A stretch of 13,205 nt of DNA, taken from assembly GCA_054661495.1 (NCBI GenBank), contig BAAFSQ010000274.1, positions 1 through 13,205 on the forward strand. The letters are read 5' to 3'. Under the pieces are notes generated by a model, which saw only the letters and a list, made by a program, of their open reading frames with translations, had not been told where the DNA came from and did no database searches. The number at the start of each line of letters is the position of its first letter. The first letter of the stretch is position 1. This stretch comes from Zygophlyctis sp. KS116. Its lineage: Eukaryota; Fungi; Chytridiomycota. The translations under genes were made by a program, and so were the position numbers. This document shows positions 1-6,898 of the stretch, in pieces.

Positions 1-28
1 TAAATGAGTTCCGAAAATAATAAAAATT

Positions 29-1763
29 ATGAATCAGAGATTTGACCTTCAATCTTCAACTTTTGATATTTTAATTCAATTTATTGAGCAATTAGAGTCT
101 GTTCATGGGAATTATCTTGAAGAAATTTCAAATGTAAAGAAGAAATTTGAAAATGTTGAAATTTCTTTAGTGGGATTTAATAATTTGTTCAAGAAATGTT
201 TACAAGAGTCTCTCAAGGTTCATAAATCTAAAATACCAGAATTTATTACTCGTAAAACTAAAATATTAAAGACTGGTTCAAGGCTTCTCTTGGAAGTACA
301 AGAAAAACAGGGAAAAGATAAAGTCATGGAAGAATTAGAAGATTTAAATTTGGAATTTACTAATCTTTTAAAAAATCTATTCAAAGAATTGGAAATCTTG
401 AATTTATCACAAGAACTTTTACAGGAAATTTGTGATTTTGATGTGCCTCTGGAAATATCAAGTTTTAACCAAAAACAATTAGTACAGGGAGGAAATCAAA
501 GGAAATCTGGGAAAAAATCAATGTTTAAGAGAATTTCAAAAGCATTTACTGGTTTATCAGGAAGAAAGTCTTTTATTCACGGTTCGGACATGGCGCAAGA
601 AACCTCAAAGACTCTATCAGAAAATCTAAAAGAACAGAATAGACAAGTGGATGATGAGGGATATACTATTCCTAAAGATTCAATATATGAAGGCTCTGAT
701 AAGAAATTACAGGATTCAGATGAGGCCTTGGAGCAAGAGTCTTTAAAGTTGCATGTAAAGATTAATGATGAGCCTAAAAAAGATCAAGGTTTACAAGATT
801 TAGATTTAGTAAACGCAGTGTCTCTGCTTAAAGTAACTCTAGATAAAAATCCTAGGTAATTGAAGATTGGATAATGTTAGATCAGTCCAAACTGTGAAGG
901 AAACGTTTTCAGATTTTGAAAAATCGCAAGGATTCAAAGAGTTTTCAAAATCTTTGAATTCTGGAATAATCAATCAAGAAAAAACTGAATTGGAAGGCTC
1001 TGATCCTTTTGTTGCAAATGATCAAAACTCCAAGAATACTCTCACATCAGACTCGGGGCAAGTTTCAGATTTGGATTTAGAGCTGATCCAAGTAGATTTA
1101 GCATTGAATCAAGAGACAAATGTGCTGATTGATCAAGGCTCTGTAAAAAAGGCGGTTGCCACTGGCCAAGTTAATTTATGCATTCCTGATTCATGGCCAA
1201 GAACAAAGACTATAAATCTAGAGTTTCATGATCCATCAATATTTGAAGAATTAATTCCACTGTCTGATATTATCACAATGTCTGGTGATTCACGAGCAGA
1301 AGTAAATGTTTCAGACGTAGCTCAAGAAATTTTGGAGATTCCAATTCTTAAATTCAAATTAAATCAATCTTGTATTGATTTGCCTCTTCAAGTGATTCAT
1401 ACAATTTGGAAAAAAGAGTCTGAATCAAAATCTCTCATGGTTCTATTTAATTATAGGTGTCTCATTGAAGAAATTCAGGACTTGCGAATCGAAGCCTTCA
1501 TTTCTTCAGATGATGAAACTGAAGATATTAAAACTCAAAGCAAACCAGAAGGTATTTGGAGTCAAGACGGAAAAAGTATGCTTTGGGAGTTTTCTTCTCC
1601 TGAAAACGTTGGTAAAGTTTTGGCTAAATTCGATTCTTCTTCTCGACTTTCTGCAGGAGTGATTAATTTAAGTTATTGGATGGTCTCAAATAGATCAAAT
1701 ATTTCAGTGAATGGACAATTATTAAAACGATCAATGATTTCTTACAAGTGTGTGTGCACTTAA
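29..1763 (+). CDS. SYP1: SYP1/FCHo (muniscin) endocytic adaptor: shortened F-BAR, linker, mu-homology domain. Exons 29-855 and 881-1763, about 569 aa
   Basis: ORFs 29..859 and 867..1763 join in frame (AG|A = Arg) after removing intron 856-880. FCH-like start (MNQRF...FIEQLESVHGNYLEEISNVKKK). FCHo-type linker blocks VDDEGYTIP and KLHVKIND. muHD-like motifs LALNQETNV...TGQVNL, QSKPEGIWS...MLWEF and GKVLAKF. The 5' end is uncertain at the window edge. Confidence 0.85.
856..880 (+). other. Spliceosomal intron, 25 nt, phase 2
   Basis: gtaattgaagattggataatgttag; removal fuses the two ORFs in frame. Confidence 0.9.
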
Positions 1764-1806
1764 AAATTTTCTTTTTCAAACAAATTTTTTGACTTCAAAA
1801 AGAAAA

Positions 1807-4248
1807 ATGGAGATTGAGAAATGGAATCAAATGCATTCAGCAGGTGGGAAGTTCAGTGAGATACCAGGAATCATTGGGAATGAGTAATATTGTTGAATTA
1901 AATCATAGAATCATGGTAGCGGTTGGATCGGATCTGAAAATCTATGGTAACTCGGGCCTAGTGATTGCTAAACTCGAAACACTAGAAAATATTGTCAGTA
2001 TCATTGATATGAGTGAAAGGAATCTGATCTCTGTCGGCGAGTCTGGGAAGGTGTGTCTATGGGAGTCTACAAACTTGATCAAATCGTTTGATCTTAACTT
2101 GAAGATCACTCATGCAGTTGGAAATTCTAATTATAAAAAAGGAATCTTCATTATCAGTTTTGCTGATGGTTACTACACTTTGCATCGGGTAAATCTTAAT
2201 ACAGGAGCAGTTAAACTGTTTAAGAAATTTAAAAGGGTTCCATCATGCATGCAGATGAGTGCAGATGGGAATTATATAGTAGTAGGAGGTGGTAGACGTT
2301 TTGATGTGTTTTGTTTTAAAGATGGGTTTTCAAAGCAAAGGTAGTTTAACTCTTGATTAATTCTAGTTTTTCGACTTCTGATCGAATAACATCTGTTGAT
2401 ATTCATCCAATAGAAAATTATATTGCCGTGGGAGATTCAAGTGGAAAAATTACTTTTTGGCATACCATAAGAGCAGGCAAGCCAGTAACTTCAACAGTTC
2501 ATTGGCATGCGAATAGTGTTAACTGTGTTCGATTTACTCAAGATGGAGTATACTTACTTTCTGGTGGACATGAAGGTGTTCTTGTCATCTGGCAGCTTGA
2601 AACTAGAATGAAGCAGTTTTTGCCCCATTTGGGATCGGAAATATTATGCATTTCTATTAGCGCAGATCAATTATCTTATCTATTACATTTGAAGGAAAAT
2701 TCTTTAAAAGTTGTATCTTCTGTGGATCTGCAGGTCAAAAATATCATTAATGGAATAAAAACAACAAATACGAACAAGAATTATCCATTTTCGACAGGAA
2801 TCATTATTGACCCTAGGTCTAAAAGTGCCGTGATGAATGGATATCCTGGAACCCTTCAATTTTACGACTTCATGAATGATTCGCATATTTTGGATTTGGA
2901 AATTTCTCCTAGAAATCGTATATCTAGCTCTGTTGATTTTGATATCACCTTGCCCCATATAACTAAAGTCGCATTTTCTCAAAATGGCAATTGGATGGCT
3001 ACAGTTGACAAAAAACTGGATTCGATGTTTGGATCAGAGCAATATCTTCATTTTTGGAAATTCGATCATGATACTCAAACTTATGTTGCTCACACGCGAA
3101 TTGATACACCACATGATGCAGATATAACATCCATTGACTTCCGTTACCCTGCAGATGGCTCTCTATTAGCCGTGACTGCAAGTATGGATAAAAAGTTTAA
3201 AATTTGGGAGTTATATAAGCCATCAGCTGCCGAGGATGTAGAAACATGGACCTGTCGTTACTCAAGCTCTTACAAGGATATGGTTGCAACTTGTGCTCAG
3301 TTCAGTCCTGATGGGTCAATTCTATGCATTTGTTTTGGAAAAATTATAACTTTATGGGATCCACTTACTTTAACTCTGGAAAAAGTTCTTTATTATTCTA
3401 TATCTAAGAGTGACCTAAAACATCTAACTTTTTCTAAAAATTCGACACATCTCATTGTCGGATCAAAAACTCATCTTTATGTTTGGAATCTCTTATCATG
3501 TTCTTTAGAATGGTGTCTTGGCTTCAAAGCATATCGTATTGTTGCCGAGAATGGATCAGATAGATTTTTGGCACTGTCTAGGCAATCAAAGATTTTAGTG
3601 TTCTCAGTTAATTCTCCTATTCCAGTTTATTACAAAGATTATACGGCCAAAAATATTTCCATTGTCGATGCAACATTTACAAACAATGGCGGTAACAGTA
3701 CTATTTTATTATTAACTTCTAATCACCAATTCGATATAATTATGGAATGTCCTCAACCAGAAACTATAGAAAAAGTCACTAAAATTCTGCCCTCAGCTCC
3801 GAGTCGCTTATTCACAAATATATTCGGGGAAAATAAAGATTCTGGCTCCAGAGATAGGAAAGCTTTGTCTATTCAGTCAGCAAAAAAGGATATCTCTTTC
3901 CTATCTTCGCCCTCATTTTTAACACCCCCTCCTCTGAAACTGGTGCATGCTTTCTTAGAAAGCTTTTTGTCATCTCAATCAACTGGGAAATTAGAGGAGA
4001 AAAAATCAGATATGGCTCAAAAGCAAGAGCTATCAACTACAGAAGATATAATAATAAATGATGCCGATCCAATTCAGAAAATGGAAATCAGCGAATCTCC
4101 TCAAATGGTTCTTGAAAAGGCAAACTTATCTGGGATGGATGATCTGGTTGAATTATTCAAGGTATCCAATCTAGATGCAATCAAGTCTACAAAAGTGGAT
4201 AAAACAGGTTCAGATTCTAAAAAGAAAAACAAAAAATCGAAGAAATAA
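1807..4248 (+). CDS. UTP17: U3 snoRNP/t-UTP WD40 protein UTP17/NAN1 (WDR75). Exons 1807-1883, 1909-2340 and 2367-4248, about 796 aa
   Basis: The spliced N-terminus reads MEIEKWNQMHSAGGKFSEIPGIIGNEIMVAVGSDLKIY, with the GG...P motif typical of the family start. The hallmark segments TVHWHANSVNCVRFTQDGVYLLSGGHEGVLVIWQLETRMKQFLPHLG, VMNGYPGTLQFYD and GNWMATVD are present, followed by a second WD propeller and a Lys-rich tail. Confidence 0.92.
1884..1908 (+). other. Spliceosomal intron, 25 nt, phase 2
   Basis: gtaatattgttgaattaaatcatag; links the ATG-1807 exon (missing from the ORF track) to the frame of ORF 1814..2344. Confidence 0.88.
2341..2366 (+). other. Spliceosomal intron, 26 nt, phase 2
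   Basis: gtagtttaactcttgattaattctag; AG|T = Ser restores the frame. Confidence 0.92.
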
Positions 4249-4260
4249 ATGTTTCATTGA

Positions 4261-5379
4261 TCAATTAGAAAAGTCTTTCAAAGCCTGCATTTGCACGGCA
4301 TTTCCAATGGCTTCTTTTGAGTAGTGTTCAGATTCTCCCAACATTTGTCTTCTCAATATTTCTGGAATCTCCTGAATTTGATCTTGAACATCTTTATCTT
4401 CGATTCGTAATGAATCCGGAGAACGATAAAAATCTAAAAAATCATCCCGCAAAGAGCGATCCCCAAATATGGCTGATCTTGCTAATCGTAAGGAAGAAAT
4501 TCGAGAAAAATTAGCACCTGATTGTTTGCAAAGTTCTTCTAAAGCTTCAGAATCAGAATATTTGCGCTTTTTGTCCCATATAGCTATGAGAAGCACACTA
4601 AAAACAAAGAAAGTATTTCTGATAGCATGAAGAGTAAAGTAGAGCGTTCTTTGGGTTTCTTTACTCAACGCCGCTGTAAGCTCCAGTGAAGAAGCCGAAT
4701 ATGCAAAAGTGTCCATGATAAATGGAAGTGCAATCAGACCAAATATCCAAGTTCTCCAACTGTTTTTTCTAGGAGTCATAGTTCCAAGTCCAAAGATTGA
4801 TAGAAAGATGAGATATTCAATAGCTACTTGACCTGCCCCATAAATAGAAAAATCATGTTCATCCAAACACCAAATGCAATTAACAATTGCATCATGACCA
4901 AATCTAAAATAAGTTTAGTACAATAATTACCTCCCATACAATCGTCTCCACTTACCCGACCTTAGCTTATCATACAGCTCTTCCAATGGTCTTATTTCAC
5001 TAGTATATATCTCTTGATCAAAAAGAGTAGATGATTGGGAGTCTGATAGAGGTTCTAGAATCCATCCAGGGAATCTTTCAGTCATGTAATCCCTAAAATG
5101 ATTTCGCACTTGGAATGCAGGTGCATTAATGGCAACTCCTAATTCGGTTATAAAATCATAAGGAGGATTGATGAGTTTCCTAATATACCATGCAGCTGCA
5201 GATATCAGAAATATTTTTATAATTGCATCCCATCTTGAGGCCGGATTTGGAGGAAGAGGCACTTTTGGAGGCTTTGGTATTTTCCTCATTCTGAAGGCCT
5301 CCAATGCATACTTTATTACTAGAGGAATAGCGATAGTTAAGCAGACATAAACTATTTCATCAGTACTTTTATCATCCAT
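4261..5379 (-). CDS. Uncharacterised multi-pass membrane protein with an HPD-less J-domain-like region and a CxxC motif. Exons 5379-4931 and 4903-4261, about 363 aa
   Basis: ATG at 5379 (MDDKSTDEIV). The join across intron 4904-4930 gives ...KWRRLYGRFGHDAIVNCIWCLDEHDFSIY... About five hydrophobic segments are visible. It resembles a fungal hypothetical membrane family I recall but cannot name with confidence. Confidence 0.8.
4904..4930 (-). other. Spliceosomal intron, 27 nt, phase 2, contains an in-frame TAA
   Basis: Minus strand gtaattattgtactaaacttattttag, with a TACTAA branch-like motif. Confidence 0.9.
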
Positions 5380-5417
5380 TTTATTTTTCAATTTCAAACG
5401 CCACTCGTAGCGCCAAC

Positions 5418-5992
5418 TTAAAACACATTCGCCAATGTAAACTTTGGATTTGTCATCCAATTTAAAGTATGATTATCCAAATGCTCATCAAAATCGACAA
5501 GCAGATTATAAGATCGTTTTTGAATCATGATCTTTACACTAGTCAATGCTTTTGGATCGCATATTGTTCTATTTTTAGTATTTTTAAAATTACTTTGTGA
5601 CCTGACTGCACTGGATAAAATCTAAACTAGATTGATCGTACTTTGAGAAATCTAAACACATAATTATAGGATCTTTAAGCGATTCTGACAAGATAAATTT
5701 AGTTTCTTGAACACATAGAGGCAGATCTTCCAAATTATTTTTAATCGGTGAGTAGTAGAACCCAATGATTTCATCATTTTCAAAAGTTTTGATCTAAATA
5801 TAAGACTGTAAAGTTTACTTGTTCAATAGCAATTGTTAGAGTAAATGTGATTGGTGAATGGTACAATGGATAGCAGTTAGTAATCATTTGATCATTTCCG
5901 ACTAGCAATCCAATGATTGTAGCATCCTGATATTTTGCTGAATGGGCAATTACTTTTAACAGCGCTTTGGAAGATATCTTCCTTTCCAACAT
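5418..5992 (-). CDS. EMC8: ER membrane protein complex subunit 8/9 (UPF0172, MPN-like). Exons 5992-5819, 5793-5594 and 5568-5418, about 174 aa
   Basis: N-terminal ISSKALLKVIAHSAKY...IIGLLVG...CYPLYH, middle IIGFYYS, and C-terminal LVDFDEHLDNHTLNWMTNP, which matches the EMC8/9 LVDFDxHLD...W.N signature. Two 25-nt introns keep the frame to the TAA at 5420-5418. Exons 2-3 are absent from the ORF track. Confidence 0.92.
5569..5593 (-). other. Spliceosomal intron, 25 nt, phase 2
   Basis: Minus strand gtaattttaaaaatactaaaaatag; AA|A = Lys. Confidence 0.88.
5794..5818 (-). other. Spliceosomal intron, 25 nt, phase 0
   Basis: Minus strand gtaaactttacagtcttatatttag; joins ...AIEQ to IKTFEND... Confidence 0.9.
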
Positions 5993-6034
5993 TTTTGCGT
6001 TTCCTCAAATACGTTCGATCGACTCTGAAATTTA

Positions 6035-6856
6035 TTAAAGTAGCAATACGACTAGTAATGCTAAAATTACAAATAATAGACTCATCCATTCAATTGGTAC
6101 CAAGAAAGTAGACTCCAAAAGTTGAGCAGGAAAAATTCTTAAATCCATCTGATGTTTATGATCCCTATTTAGATCTTTGGGAGATTCAGTTTGAAGTTTA
6201 CGCTGTTTAAGTCCCTGATTTAACCGATCATTTTCCAACTGAGCCTGTTCTAATCTAGATGTAAGAGATTTAATCTTCATTTGTGCATCCACGAGTTCTT
6301 TTTCCTTTTGATTAATAATTGATCGAAGGGAATCATCATTGATTGACATAAAAGAAGTTGGTCTATCATTTGGAATAGGGAAATTTGAGGTTGAAACAGG
6401 ACTATCCAATAAAGGAGCTTGAACAGAAGGCTGACCATCATCTACAAATACTACCTTGATTTTTTTCTCAAAAAGAGCATCTGATACTCCAGCCTTTTTA
6501 CTATTTTCTGCTGTAGACCACAGATTTAAAAGTTTAGTATTTGCATCAACTTGATCAAGACCCAAAACTTCTTTTTCAATCTTGATTGATTGAATTAGAA
6601 ATTTATCTTTGCAAATAAAGTCAGAGGGTGGATCTTCTTTCATGGCTTGAAGTAGCACCGACACAGTACAAGATTCTCCTGCACCCAATCTACCTGAATT
6701 TGGCCGTACACAGTATTGCTTAGGAGCTGTAGTTTTGATTTTGAAGGCAATAGGTTCAGAGAGATTGTTTTTGACTGATATATGTTGCTTGGAAGTCGCT
6801 GTAAATGGTTTTTTAAAGGATAGTTCTTTATCGGGAGACAAGACGAGAAAATCCAT
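6035..6856 (-). CDS. SCS2: VAMP-associated protein (VAP/Scs2): MSP domain, coiled coil and C-terminal transmembrane anchor, 273 aa, no intron required
   Basis: VAP consensus FKIKTTAPKQYCVRPNSG and CKDKFLIQS, a heptad region (QKEKELVDAQMKIKSL...), and a hydrophobic C-terminal tail. Confidence 0.96.
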   Translation of the reverse strand: MDFLVLSPDKELSFKKPFTATSKQHISVKNNLSEPIAFKIKTTAPKQYCVRPNSGRLGAGESCTVSVLLQAMKEDPPSDFICKDKFLIQSIKIEKEVLGLDQVDANTKLLNLWSTAENSKKAGVSDALFEKKIKVVFVDDGQPSVQAPLLDSPVSTSNFPIPNDRPTSFMSINDDSLRSIINQKEKELVDAQMKIKSLTSRLEQAQLENDRLNQGLKQRKLQTESPKDLNRDHKHQMDLRIFPAQLLESTFLVPIEWMSLLFVILALLVVLLL

Positions 6857-6898
6857 TTGACGCGAGAGTTTCGCGTTTGGCGATTAACGCGATTTATC
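6857..6898. promoter_or_regulatory. Putative 42-bp bidirectional promoter core with CGCG motifs
   Basis: Lies between the divergent ATGs at 6856 (-) and 6899 (+). It holds 7 CpGs in 42 bp: ACGCGA 6860-6865, TTTCGCGT 6869-6876, TTTGGCG 6876-6882 and AACGCGA 6886-6892. Confidence 0.6.

Noticed and set aside
4256-4265. Palindrome ATTGATCAAT between the convergent genes as a terminator
   Set aside because: It is 10 bp, AT-rich and loopless, so it is expected by chance, and intrinsic terminators do not apply to RNA polymerase II genes.
5380-5460. N-terminal extension of ORF 4927..5460, with an apparent MDDKS repeat
   Set aside because: It starts at TTG, overlaps the conserved EMC8 C-terminus in another frame, and is closed by a stop five codons upstream. 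The DDKS similarity looks coincidental, and ATG 5379 has the typical AAA context.
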